A DNA stretch of 64,000 bases from an uncultured bacterium. Its GTDB lineage: Bacteria > Patescibacteriota > Gracilibacteria > BD1-5 > UBA6164. Under the pieces are notes generated by a model. That model was not told where the DNA came from, did not search any database, and was given only the letters and a program-made list of their open reading frames with translations. The DNA lies in the NCBI GenBank assembly GCA_942490775.1, contig CALNYL010000013.1:22981-86980 (forward strand), given 5' to 3'. This document shows positions 1 to 12,129 of the stretch, one piece after another; position 1 is the first letter of the stretch; every line of letters begins with the position of its first letter. The translations under genes were made by a program, and so were the position numbers.

Positions 1-356
1 TCATACAAATAGCTAAAGAATACATATGATATCCATATAAATATTGAGAAGAATCTCCCGAAAAATGATTTGATTGCTCAGGTTTTGTATACTATGTATT
101 CAATAAAGCAGGTAAAAAATTAGCTAGAACCAGTTCGAAAGAAATGGCAAAACAGTGAATTACTATAGATAAAAATAAACTAGAAAAATGAGATTTGTTG
201 TTTTTTAAACCTTCATCAGAAAATATAAGTCATGTTTGAATATATATCTGAGACAATAAATACATTCATGCTACTCCTTCTAATTGAGTAAATATAGCTG
301 AATTAGATCCTGAGTATTTTACTTCTAAGTTTTTATTGGCTAAAAGGATAAATTAA
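1..356 (+). CDS. NlpC/P60-family cell-wall hydrolase, C-terminal part (5' end lies outside the window)
   Basis: Frame 3 is open from base 3 to TAA 354-356 with TGA=Gly. Translation contains KYGEESPEKGFDCSGFVYYVF, KGDLLFF and HVGIYIGDNKYIHA, the Cys/His core of NlpC/P60 domains. Confidence 0.8.
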
Positions 357-398
357 AATTTATAAAAAATTATAAGTGTTTATTATTAATAATTTTAT

Positions 399-1427
399 AT
401 GAAAAAATTAGTTGCATTTTTATTTTTATTGATACTTACTTTTAGTAATGTATTTGCTTTAGAAGAAACAGAAAAACCTGATAAAGAATTTTTAGAAAAT
501 CAGGTTATATATTATAAAGAAAAATTAGAAAAAGAATCATTAAAAAAATATATAAATATCATAGATATATTTTTTGAGAAAAATAAAGAAAATGAAATAA
601 AATTACAAGACCTAAAAGAGAAAATTAAAAATTTGGAAAACAAGTATTCTTCTTTATCAAATGTTAAAGAAGATTCTCGGAATCTTTTAAAATACTTAGA
701 ATTTAAAACAGATTTAACTATTTTAAATTTTACTGAATATAGAAATAAAATCTTTGATAGTATTTCAAATTTGAATGCTATAGAAAGTGATCGTAAAGTA
801 AATTATAAAATAGAAGAATGAAATTTTAAAGCAGAATATATATCAAATGATTTTGATTGTTCAAAATGAGATAATATAAAAGTTGAGATTAATTGAGAAG
901 AGTATATACTTCCTTGAGTTTTTGATCCTAAAGACACTATAAATGAAAATCGGAAAAATGAATCTGATAAATATTGGTGAATATGTGTAAAAGATTATCA
1001 TGAAACATTTAGTCACTTTTATGGATTTTCTCCCCAATGAACTTATTTAGCCTATTATATATCTAGTTTTGAGTGACCTTCAAAATTTGTTATAGTTGAA
1101 AGTAAAACTTGAAAAGAAGTTTATAGGGATATTGCAGTTTCTTTTGTTGAATGGGAAAAAAATGAAGACTTCATATTCTTAGGTTATTTTATAGATGCGA
1201 TGTCTCCAGAGGAGAAATCATGATTATATAAAATATATTTAAAGGATGATAAAATACCACCTAAAATGTTATTAGAATGATCTATAAATTCATGATATTC
1301 AGATTGAAAAAATATTTATGTTATTTTTAATGCTGGTTTTGATGATCGGATGAATTGAATTATAAGTAAAGCAAGAATAACTTTGGAAAATCCTAATAAA
1401 ATTATTTTTTATATAAATGTAGATTAA
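399..1427 (+). CDS. Secreted hypothetical protein (342 aa)
   Basis: ATG 399. N-terminal signal-like MKKLVAFLFLLILTFSNVFA. The track ORF stops at TGA 819-821, but the frame stays open through 13 further in-frame TGA codons to TAA 1425-1427. Confidence 0.7.
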
Positions 1428-1445
1428 TTTTTTAACCAAACACCT

Positions 1446-2435
1446 ATGACACAATACAAATGAAAAAAAATAATAACCTGAATGAAAGCAACAGGTTGAT
1501 GAATGCACCTATGAAACTACCTAGGATGAATGAATAACTTCCTAAAACTAGTAGAATGAAATGATGCCCATATATTTTTAGCAGACTTGCATTCACTAAC
1601 AACAGTACATGATTCAGAATACCTAGAAAAAAATAAAAAAGAAATGGTACTAGACTACTTTGCATCAATCCCAGAAGATACCTTAGATAAAATAACAATA
1701 TACGAACAATCAAAAATCACTCATATAAATAATATAATGTGGGTACTCTGTAGTATGACCCCATACAGTCTAATGCTAAGAGCACATGCCTTCAAAGACT
1801 CTAAAAACAAAAATTCCGAAATAAATATGGCAAGTTTTAATTACCCTATTTTAATGGCTGCTGATATATTAGCCTACGACTATGAAATAGTACCACTATG
1901 AAAAGATCAAATCCAACATTTAGAGTTTGCTAGAGACATAGCAGGAAATTTTAATAAAACTTATAAAACAGATTTATTTGTATTACCAAAAATACATGTA
2001 GAAGAAGAAGTTATGAGTATACCATGACTAGATGGTAGAAAAATGAGTAAGAGTTACAACAACGATATAAAAATGTTTGAAGACGAAAAAACTCTAAAAA
2101 AGAAGATAATGTCCATCCCCACAAATGATACACCTCTGGAAAAGCCAAAGGAGTATAAAAATTGTAATGTATTTAACCTAATAAAACTATTTGCAACAAA
2201 AGAAAAACAAGAAGAAATAAAAGCCAAATACAAAGCCTGAGGATACGGTTACGGTCATGCAAAACTAGAACTCCTAGAAATACTAAAAAACTATTTTAAA
2301 CCATTCAGAGAAAGAAGAGAATATTTGCAGAAACATCCAGAAATTATAGAAAATAAATTAGCAGAAGGAAATAAAAAAGCAAATGAAATGGCAACTAAAA
2401 AGTATGAAGAAATGTTGAGAATTGTAGGGTTGTAA
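1446..2435 (+). CDS. trpS: Tryptophanyl-tRNA synthetase
   Basis: 329 aa with TGA=Gly. Class I motifs are present: ITGMKATGGGMHLGNY (HIGH-like), VPLGKDQIQHLEFARD, and IPGLDGRKMSKS (KMSKS). Four track fragments join in one frame. Confidence 0.93.
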
Positions 2436-2507
2436 GAAGTTTAAAATTTCTACTTTTGCAGGATATAAAAATTATTCAGTTGCTTATTAAAAGGAAAAAC
2501 TAATATT

Positions 2508-2554
2508 GTAGCCCTCTTCCTTTTGTATTAAAGGAAGAGATTCAGAAATGGATT
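2508..2554 (+). repeat. Hairpin repeat family copy 1
   Basis: GTAGCCCTCTTCCTTTTGTATTAAAGGAAGAGATTCAGAAATGGATT. A 10-bp stem CTCTTCCTTT/AAAGGAAGAG, with the conserved 5' GTAGCC and 3' ATTCAGA-ATGG flanks shared with the other copies. Confidence 0.8.
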
Positions 2555-2560
2555 ATAATA

Positions 2561-2590
2561 AAAAAAGCTACAAATTTTGTAGCTTTTTTT
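2561..2590. terminator. Bidirectional rho-independent terminator between trpS and the convergent antiporter gene
   Basis: AAAAAAGCTACAAA-T-TTTGTAGCTTTTTT is a perfect palindrome with an A-run before and a T-run after. It lies between convergent stops at 2435 and 2601. Confidence 0.65.
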
Positions 2591-2600
2591 ATATCTTATT

Positions 2601-3983
2601 TTAACTAGTCTTAATTTGAATATAAAAGTGTAATATTTCAAACTGAATATACCGAACTAAAATAGAAGCAATATATCAAATAAGAACAGTCCGAAAATAT
2701 TTCATATGAGCAGAAAAAGTATAAACTCACTTCATCTTTCACATAACTCAAACTCAAGCAGCACTACCGAAACTAATTAAACTTCAACCAATTCAAGCAG
2801 TAAGAGTAATAAGTAACCACTGATCAAGTCACATAGTTGGATCAGCCTTAACTACCGCACTCATAACGGGAACATTATCAACAATAGCAGAAATAAATCA
2901 TACTCATATATTTCAACGAGTTTGTCATATATGTTCATATAAAACTGATATATATTCAAGGAATCATAAGAAATGAAGAGCTCAAACAGCCGATAAGATA
3001 CCAAAGAAAAATAGCAAAGTATCATTTTCTATAAGTTTTATACTAGCAAATACATCAAATGTAACTTTATACCTTCTTCTCTTTAAGAAATAAGCATATA
3101 ATTTTAGGATAGATAATCAAAATAACATTCACCACATAGCAGGAAAATGAAAAAATTGATGAGACAATACAGAAACAACAATAGTTCATATTCATATACC
3201 TATAATAGCCTTAGAACCAACTTTTAATTTAGGTTTCTTTTCCTTTTTTAAATCAAACTTAGGCTTTCACTTTGGTAAAAATCTAGAAAGCAAAAATCAG
3301 GTAACCAACCAACCAATAATAGAAGCAGGAAATAAAGAGAAAAACTCTAAAAATTGTCATTTTTCAGCTGTCCAAACCATAAGAGTAGTTATATCACCAA
3401 AAGGACTCCAAGCTCATCAAGCATTTGCAGCAACCACAATACTTATAGCACAAGGAACTAAAAAACGCTTATTATCTTTATCTATGGTTAAAATTACAGT
3501 AGATAGAATAAGGGCAGTTGTTAGATTATCAGCAATAGGACTTAGAAAGAAAGCAATTGAACCAATAACCCAAAATAACTTTTTATAACTCCGTCACTTG
3601 GATACCAATTTATATTTCAAAACCTGAAAAACTCTTCTATCAACAAGAGTTTCAATAAAAGTCATAGCAACAAACAAAAAGAAATATATTTCTGATATCT
3701 CTAAAATTAATTCTGATAATCATTCATTTAAAACATCTTTATCTAATCCATTAATAGCATAATAGAATCCAATTAACATAAAAAGAGAAGTTCACATAAA
3801 CATAGCAGGTTTAGCCTTATTTATATTATACTTCTCTTCTGTAGCAATAAAATAGTAACCAATAATGAAAATAATAACTGAAACTATTCAAACCCAAGTT
3901 CATGTGAGATTCCCAGTTACATGAGTAGCATTTACTACCGTATCAACAAGAGCCCCTGTAAGACTCCCAGTTGTTTCACCCAT
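2601..3983 (-). CDS. nhaD: NhaD/ArsB-type ion transporter (Na+/H+ antiporter NhaD-like), 460 aa
   Basis: Minus-strand frame checked codon by codon; no TAA or TAG. Polytopic membrane protein with AANAGGAWSPFGDITTLMVW and SAIVDNVPVM motifs typical of the NhaD/ArsB permease family. Many TGA=Gly codons. Confidence 0.75.
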
Positions 3984-4132
3984 ACAATTAAATTAAATAA
4001 TAAAAGCATCTAAAAATAGATGAGGAAAAAGCAGTATAATAGAAAACTATAAATAGTAAATTTTTTTATATAAATTAATAAATCTGTTAAATTATTTACG
4101 ATATATAGAGATATCTTCAAAATATTTTTTAG

Positions 4133-5807
4133 CTTTTTTCTGAAAATAATATTTTCAGAAAAAAGATTCAAAATAGAATGTCGTAAGATTAAAAATATTC
4201 GTAAGACATAAATGCCTCTAGCAGCCTGTACTAAGAAAAACCGTTAAGAAAATTTAAATGAAACTCGTTAATAAGTGTAATTTAAATTTTTAGGTTTTTC
4301 GTCGTTTTTGCTCTGAAATTGCAATATCTAGTTTCTTTGTTTTTCTTATCTTAAATTTATTCATCCAAGGATGCTTTTTTCAAGTTCTTTCATAATAAGA
4401 TTTTTTCTTGTGTTGACTTTTCTCTTTTTCCTCTTCTTTCTGAATTGTATCTATTTCTTCTAAATATTCAATTTCTTTTTTCATCTCAACAAAATCTCAT
4501 TTATTAGCAGGGGCCATAGGTAATTTATATACTCTATTTCTTTTTTCTTCTAATTCCTTTGATAATAGATATTTTCAATTTTTTGAGAAATATATTTTTC
4601 AATCTAAATGTTCTTCTACTATTATCAAATCTCACTTATATAATGTCCTCATCTCCATCCTTATTTCTATATAATTGATAATATTTATTATTAAAAGCAA
4701 TTGTAAAATCATTTTTCAACTTTCTTTTTGATTGTTTAGAAAATATCTGATTAATATGATTTTTTTCATCATTACTTAATTCTATATGTAAGTTTGATTT
4801 TCATTCTGGTTCTATACTAAATTGTCTATTAAATTTAGGCAAAAATTCTATTTCTAAAAATTTATTTGCATCATCTATATTAGAAATATTTGCCTCTCTT
4901 AATTCTTTTACTAGTCGATCTTGAAGTGTAGAATTCATCCTTTCTACTCTTCATTTTCATTCTGCTGAATTTGCAAATATGAGTTGTATTCAAAGTATTT
5001 GACAAGCTTTTCAGAATTGTGTCGGAAGCTCTTTATCGTTTGTAGCATTTGGATGATTAATTTTATATGTTGCAAATTTATCTAAATATATTCATCTTGG
5101 TTTTCAATTTTTTTTAATATAGTTTTTCCAGAAATTAAATGTAGGTTGATTCATTCTGATTTATCAAACTTAGCTGTGGCTATTCCTGTGGAATCATCTA
5201 CTGCAAGAAGTAAGCAAAGCTCTTCTCATCAGTTTCTATTTTCAACCATTTATGATAACTTCAGTCATATTGTACCATTTCTCAATAATTTTCTCTTCTT
5301 TTTCTCTGAGTAAATTGTTTTGTTATTTTTCTTTTTTTACTTTACAGTCATTTTCTTATTATTTCATTTCTTAGAGTTGGCATACTATATTTTTATATTA
5401 TGTTTTTCTGCTAGTTTCTCACAAAAATGTGTTATATTATAATCAGAATATCTTTCTTCTCTTAGTTTTATTATTTCTTTATAGTTTGTTGGATCATGCT
5501 TATGATTTGATTGTTTTCATCGAGATTTATGTATTAATCATTGTGGTCATTCTTTTATATATCTCTTTTTTATTATTCTTATTTGTCTTTTACTTTTTCT
5601 TAATAATTCTCTTGCTTTGTCGTTTGTGATTTCTTTGTTTAATTTTTATCTATTATATTTTTTATCTAATTCTTTTTGTCATTTGTAAATAGTTAGTCTA
5701 ATTTTTTTGATTAAGTTTATTTGTTACTTAATCTTTATCATATTTGACATTTCTATTTTTTACTAAAATGACATTTTAACTTTTTTTCTACATTTTCAGA
5801 AAAAAGA
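4133..5807 (-). mobile_element. Putative boundaries of a decayed ISNCY-like insertion sequence
   Basis: The 16-nt ATTTTCAGAAAAAAGA occurs at 4151-4166 and 5792-5807, on either side of the transposase relic. An inverted copy at 4133-4147 gives a perfect 15-bp-stem palindrome at the left end. Confidence 0.4.
4290..5690 (-). pseudogene. ISNCY/IS1202-like DDE (rve) transposase, decayed
   Basis: Recognisable blocks are spread over three frames: RQIRIIKKRYIKEGPQGLIHKSRGK, YDGSYHKW, LAVDDSTGIATAKF, NGKPRGIYLDKFATYK, ANSAEGKGRVERMNSTLQDRLVKELR, and EEHLDGKIYFSKNGKYLLSKEL. There are at least 3 frameshifts plus in-frame TAA/TAG codons. Confidence 0.75.
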
Positions 5808-5871
5808 ATTGCTATTTTTTAAAAAAAGGTTACAAGTATTAGATTATTTTTATTTTATAACTTTTTTGCTC

Positions 5872-7673
5872 ATGGAAATTTCAATAAGTAAGTTTTCTAA
5901 GTTTTTTAAGGATAGATTTACACCTTTTACTAAATGGTTACCAGAATTAAAAAATAAAAATGTAATTAAAGCTGATATGATAGCTTGAATTACTTGAGCT
6001 ATTATAGTTTTACCTCAATGAATTGCTTTTGCTACTATAGCATGATTACCACCTCAGTATTGATTATATACTGCAATGGTTACTCCAGTAATTGCTGCTA
6101 TATTTTGATCATCAAGGCATCTTATTTCTTGACCTACTACGGCAATATCTTTAGTAATATTTAAGACAATAAATAGTTTTTCTGAAGCTTGAAACTCAGA
6201 TTTCATTTGAAGTCCAAAATTTATTCAATTAGCATTAATTTTAACATTTTTAGCTTGAGTATATCAACTACTATTCTGACTATTAAAGCTCTGAAAAGTA
6301 GTTGATTTTGTTTCACATACCGTAGTAATAGGTTTCACAGCATGAGCCGCAATATTAATAGTTACTAGTCAAATAAAAAGTGTTTTATGAGTATCAGTAG
6401 AAAGGTGAACAGAGTTTTTAGAAACTTGGAAAATTATATTTTCAAATGTACTGAATTTTGATATTTTTACTATAATAGTTTGAGTTTTTACTTTAGCAGT
6501 GGCCGTATTAATTAAAAAATACTTTAAAAAAATACCAAATCTCTTAGTGGCATTAGTCTTAGGTTCTCTATTGGCACACTTCTTAAGAGACTTTTCTCCA
6601 TTAATAAAGCCAGTAGATGCAATCCCATGAAAACTACCATCTTTTTGAGTTCCAAACTTAACATATGATTGAATAAAAACATTAGCTTCAAGTGCTTTTG
6701 CAATAGCTATATTATGACTTATAGAAGCTGTTTCTATAAGTAGAGCAGTAGCATCTAAATCACATCAAATGGTTAGTGCAAATCAGGAGTTTATAGGACA
6801 ATGAATGTCTAATATAGTTTGAAGTTTCTTCTCTTCATATGCTTGAAGTTGATCATTCACTCGTTCTTGAGTAAACTACTCAGCATGAGCAAAGACTCCA
6901 ATGTCAGCAATATTTGCTGCATTATTTTTGATGATAATCATACTATTAATTGCTCCTATAACAAGCTATATATCAACACCAGCAATGGCATGAGTTATAA
7001 TACTTGTATGATATAATCTTATAGATTTTTCAAAGATAAAACATATTCTAAAAGTAAGTAAAACAGAAACAATAACTTTATTAGTTACATTCTTTTCTAC
7101 CTTATTCCTTGAATTAGAATTTGCTATATATATTTATGAATAATCGTATCTTTAGTAATATTTTTAAACAGAACATCTGTACCTAAAATCATTACTATGT
7201 ACAGTTCCTTTGATAAAATAAAAGGTAAAAAAACTCTTATTTGATCACATAGATTAAATTCTGTTGAGATAAAGGAGATAGATTGTCCACAGTTAGAAGT
7301 TATAAGAGTTGATATGTCTATATATTTTTGATCTTCTAACTATATACATGAGTTTTTAAATAATATTATTAATAACAAGAAAACAAAAAATATAATAATC
7401 CTTTGTTCAAGTGTTAATCTTATAGATATGACATGAATGGAAATGCTAGAAGAAGTTGCTGAAATATTAAAAGAAGACTGAGGATGATTATATTTCTTAG
7501 AATTAAAAACTCCTATAATGAAAAAATTAAAAAAAGCATGATTTATTAAAACTATTGGAAAAGATAATTTCTTTTCTGTAAAGAAAGATGCAATTAGTTT
7601 TGTTTATTCTAAATTAAACAGAGATGTTTGTAAAAATTGTAAGATAAAAGCATTTATTGAATGTAATAAATAG
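5872..7673 (+). CDS. SulP-family anion transporter with C-terminal STAS domain; frame broken once at an (AT)n run
   Basis: The frame from ATG 5872 is open to TAA 7141-7143 (AGITGAIIVLPQGIAFATIAGLPPQYGLYTA ... GSGSFTRSGVNYSAGAKTP). The STAS part (IVSLVIFLNRTSVP ... ILCSSVNLIDMTGMEMLEEV) continues in another frame to TAG 7671-7673. The expected FAIYLGIIVSL is restored by removing 2 nt from TATATATAT at 7125-7133. Confidence 0.85.
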
Positions 7674-7724
7674 TTTTCCTATAACTCAGAAAGTTTTGAC
7701 ATAAAACTCAAATGGAATATAAAA

Positions 7725-7766
7725 TAGATTAATAATTTATCAAAAAAAATTATTAATCTATTTTTT
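7725..7766 (+). terminator. Rho-independent terminator after the SulP gene
   Basis: A 13-bp stem TAGATTAATAATT / AATTATTAATCTA followed by TTTTTT. Confidence 0.6.
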
Positions 7767-7790
7767 ACTTTTTTAAAGAAATAAAAAATT

Positions 7791-9182
7791 ATGAAAAAAA
7801 ATATTATTGATAAAATTTGGGAAAAACATGTTGTAAAAAAATGAGACTGAGAACCAGACTTATTTTTTATAAACCTACATCTAATACATGAAGTTACCTC
7901 TCCACAAGCCTTTTCTATGCTAGAAGAAAAAAATATATGAGTATTTGATACAAGTAGAACATTTGCAACTATTGACCACTCTATACCTACAAAGAAAAAA
8001 AGAGATGACTATGCAGATGAAAGTGCAAGAAATCAAGTAGAAACTCTTATAAAAAATACAAAAAAATATTGAATAACACTATTTGATGATAAGTCTGGAA
8101 AACAGTGAATAGTCCATATCATATGACCAGAAACCTGATTAACACAACCATGAAAAACAATAGTATGCTGAGACTCACACACCGCCACTCATTGAGCTTT
8201 TTGAGCATTGGCTTTTGGTATTTGAACAACCCAAGTAGGTCATGTTCTAGCAAGTCAATGTTTACTACTAGACAAACCAAAAACTATGAAAGTAGATTTT
8301 ACATGAACCCCAAGTAAATATTTTTCATCTAAAGATGCAGTACTACTTCTGATACAACAAATAGGAATCCAATGATGAACAGGTTATGCAATGGAATTCT
8401 GTTGAGATTATATAAGAAATATGTCAATGGAATGAAGAATGACAATCTGTAATATGGCAATAGAATGTTGAGCAAAATCAGGTTTAGTAAGTCCAGATGA
8501 AACAACTTTTGAGTATCTAAAATGAAAAGAATATGTTCCAGAAAACACAGAAAAATCAATAAAACAATGGAAAGAAATAGCCTCTGATGAAAATGCCGAA
8601 TATGATAAAGAAATAGTTATAGATATAAATGAAGCCTTACCAGTAGTCACTTGGGGAACAAATCCTGAACAATCAGTTTCTATAAATGAAAAAATACCAT
8701 GACCAGATGACTTTGAAGACAAAGCAAAAGGCTTTGCCTGTAGAAAATCTCTTGATTATACAAAACTAATTCCATGAGAAAACATAGAATGAACAAAAAT
8801 AGACTATGTATTTGTATGAAGCTGTACAAACTGAAGAATAGAAGACTTTAAAATCGTTGCTGATATACTAAAAGACAAAAAAATAAAAGACTGAGTAACC
8901 GCTTTTTTTGTACCATGAAGTCATGAAGTAAAAAATATGTGTGATAAATTAGGATATACAGAAATCTTTAAAAATGCAGGTGCCCAGTTCAGAGAACCAT
9001 GATGTTCTATGTGCCTAAGTATGAACTGAGATGCTGTTCCTGAATGAAAAAGATGCATATCTACCAGCAACAGAAACTTCGTATGAAGACAGTGAGAATG
9101 AAGCTACACCCACCTAGCTAGTCCACTTATGTGTGGGATAGCTTGTATAACAGGAGAAATAACAAATCCAGAGAATTATTAA
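7791..9182 (+). CDS. leuC: 3-isopropylmalate dehydratase (aconitase-family) large subunit
   Basis: 463 aa. Motifs [46 protein letters not shown] and CSMCLSMN. Frame check passes. Confidence 0.92.
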
Positions 9183-9185
9183 CCT

Positions 9186-9225
9186 CACCACTGAATCTCC
9201 TCTCCTTATAGGAGAGGAGGGCTAC
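9186..9225 (-). repeat. Hairpin repeat family copy 2 (inverted orientation)
   Basis: The reverse complement reads GTAGCCCTCCTCTCCTATAAGGAGAGGAGATTCAGTGGTG. Confidence 0.8.
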
Positions 9226-9230
9226 AAATT

Positions 9231-9275
9231 GTAACCTCTTTCCCTAGAAAGGGTAAAGAATTCAAGATAGAGGTC
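9231..9275 (+). repeat. Hairpin repeat family copy 3, head-to-head with copy 2
   Basis: GTAACCTCTTTCCCTAGAAAGGGTAAAGAATTCAAGATAGAGGTC. Confidence 0.75.
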
Positions 9276-9314
9276 AAACCATGTAAGAAAAAATATTAAT
9301 CTAAAAAACTTTTT

Positions 9315-9830
9315 ATGAAAAAAATTGAAACAATAACATCAGAAATCATAGCACTACCATACAAAGACATAGACACAGACATGATAATTCCAGCAGAATA
9401 CTTAAAAACCACAACCAAAAAGTGACTATGAAAATATGCTTTCATCAATATGAAAAAAGCATACAAAGACTTCCCAGAACTAAACAGGGAAGTAATAGTA
9501 GCATGAAAAAACTTCTGATGCTGAAGCTCCAGAGAACATGCACCATGGGCACTCTTAGATGCCTGAATAAAATCTATAATATCTTCAGAATTTGCAGACA
9601 TTTTTAGACTAAATTCAGAAAAAAATGGTTTACTACTAGTTAGCTTAAAAGAAGAAGAAGTACAAGAAATAATGAATTATGACTCTAAAGTAGAAATAGA
9701 TTTAAAATCTCAAACAGTAAGTTTATGAGATAAAAAATACAATTTTGAAATAAATAAATCTACAAAACAAAAGCTACTAGAATGATTAGATGACTTAGAT
9801 TATATTTTGAAGTTTAAAAAAAAGAGATAG
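9315..9830 (+). CDS. leuD: 3-isopropylmalate dehydratase small subunit
   Basis: 171 aa. Motifs DTDMIIPAEYLK and [36 protein letters not shown]. Confidence 0.9.
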
Positions 9831-10194
9831 AAGAGTTTAATGAGAGAGAAAAATAAATAAAGAAGAGAAAAGGGGAAAATAGAATTATATATAATGAAAA
9901 AAGATTTTTTCTATTTATTTGATGATAAAAAATAAGAGGTTGTAAAAAATAGAAAGGAGAGAAGATTATTGAAGAGAAATGAGAGAGAGAGAGAGAGAAA
10001 AAGAGAGATAGAAAACTAATGAAAAGAGATTCCTCAATACAACTCATAGATAATGTAATATGAGGAATACAGTCAGTTTTATTTAATTCAAAGTCTGGCT
10101 TTTCAGGTAGGGCAATTTTTCTATTTAAATCAATGGCTTTATCTACCATTTTATTTCATGGTAGTAAAACTATATCAATAGCAATTTTTCACAT
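9814..10194 (-). CDS. Hypothetical ORF; N-terminus resembles a 2H phosphoesterase (HxTx) fragment, the rest is low complexity
   Basis: MGKIAIDIVLLPGNKMVDKAIDLNRKIALPEKPDFELNKTDCIPHITLSM is followed by an S/L/F-rich tail encoded by the complement of a GA-rich tract. No second HxT motif is present. Confidence 0.3.
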
Positions 10195-10381
10195 AGTGTT
10201 TTAGTTTTAGAATTTTAATCTTCATCTTTTTTATTTTCTTTCTCATTTAATGATCAATCACGGAGCAGATTAATGATATTTTTTCCTTTGTTTTGTTTGG
10301 ATTAGGAACATAAGTAAGTAACACCTTTTTTATAGGATTACTAACTAATAACATTTAAATTTCCTTAAAAAAGGAAATTAA

Positions 10382-12106
10382 CTAAAACCCACTCTGTAAA
10401 TCCAGCATCCTTTTATAAACTCCTTTTTGGTGAATTAACTCCTTATGATTTCACTCCTCCTTAATCTTTCAATCCTCTATCACAAAAATCTTATCAGCCT
10501 CCTTAACAGTTTGCAGTCTGTGAGCTATAATTATAACAGTCCTATCCTTAAATAAATTATGCATAGCCTTTGTTATCAATTCTTCTGAAAAACTATCAAG
10601 AGCTGATGTTGGCTCATCTAGTATAATAATCGCAGGATTTTTTAGAAATATTCTAGCAATAGCAAGTCTCTGTTTTTCTCATCAAGATAATTTTATTCAT
10701 TTTTCTCAAACTTCTGTATTTAATCAATTTTCTAAATTTTTTATCATATCATCAATTTGAGCTTTCTTTAAAGCTTCCCATATTATCTCATCATCATAAT
10801 CATGATTATCAGATAAGGCATATTCCATATTTTCTCTTATAGTTCAGTCAAATATTGCTGGGTCTTGAGATAAATAACCTATATGTTTATAAAAAGACTC
10901 CATCTTTAACTCCTTCAAATCCTGTCAATCAATTAAAACTTCTCATTTTTCATAATCATAGAGTCTAAGAAGTATTTTAGTAATTGTGCTTTTTCATCAT
11001 CAACTTTGTCATACAAGGGCTGTCTTTTTTTGGGGTGAAAATTCTAAGTTGAAATCTTTGAAAATTTCTTTTCATTTTCAGTATGAGAAAGATATATTTT
11101 TTAGCTCTATTTTTCACTTTTTGAAATTATATTCTTTTATTCAATCTTTTATTTCAATTGGTTTATTTACAAACTCTTGAAGTTTTATATATTTTTCCCA
11201 GACTCTGTTTATTTTAACTAGGTTTGAAACTGCTTTATGAAGAGGCCAACTTAAGAATACTATATATCAGGTAACCATAACTAAATAAGATATAGAAGAA
11301 CCTCATTTTATAATAACTGTTCATAGTACTACATATACTCATATTTCTAAAAGTTTAAGAAGTAAATCAAGAAAGTTGTAAAAAAAGAAATTGGACATGT
11401 CAGTTTTAACTGCATTTGGCACAATTTCTGATAATACTGATTCAGATTTTTTTAGTTCATAGTTTTGTTTTCAGAAAACTCTTATTACTAGATTTTCCAT
11501 AATTACCTTGGCTTTTATTCTACCATCTGTTTCCCATAGTTCTTGTTCTCTCTTTCTATATTTTTCAGAATATTTTCTTACATAGTAGTTTAGTATAAAC
11601 AAAATAATTATTGCTATAACTACTACGGTTATAAGTTTTGGTATAATTATAGCTAATATTGTTATTATAAGTATTCATCTAAATACTGCTGATATTAAAA
11701 TTTCTACAACTCAAGAGAATATATCAGATTCTGCAGAAACTCAGTTACTATATCTAGTTATTAATTTTCAAGTTCAAGAGTCTATTATGTCTTTATAGTT
11801 TTTTTCAAAAAGTTTTTTTCTGTAGTGTTGCATTTTTCTGTAATATAATTCTAGCCGTATTTTGTTTCAGAACATATCGAAAGAAAAAGATAAAATTTTG
11901 GTCATTATTAGAAATAATGTAAATGCTCACAAAAAAGTGTATAAATAACTTAATTCTTGTTTTTTTTCAATTATTTCAACTATTTTACCGACCATTTTTG
12001 GTATTCATAAGTGTGCTATTTCTGAAAGTATTCAGATTATCAAAAATTTGTAAAAATCTTTTTTTACAAATTTATAGTTTTTAAGTATATTTAGTATTGT
12101 TTTCAT
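10382..12106 (-). CDS. ABC exporter, fused permease and ATP-binding domains (MsbA-like), copy 1
   Basis: 574 aa. Every codon was checked; no TAA or TAG. Walker A is ALVGQSGGGKST, with GGG encoded as TGA TGA TGA at 10994-11002. Signature [13 protein letters not shown], Walker [14 protein letters not shown]-loop IIIAHRL. Confidence 0.9.
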
Positions 12107-12129
12107 ATTTTTTTTATTTTTAATATTTT

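Noticed and set aside
4290-5690. Programmed ribosomal frameshifting as an explanation for the split transposase.
   Set aside because: There are at least three frame changes plus in-frame TAA/TAG codons at conserved positions, for example where the GLW Trp is expected. That indicates decay, not a single programmed -1 site.
9960-10015. The GA dinucleotide run as a regulatory or CRISPR-like repeat.
   Set aside because: It is a simple imperfect microsatellite with no spacer structure.
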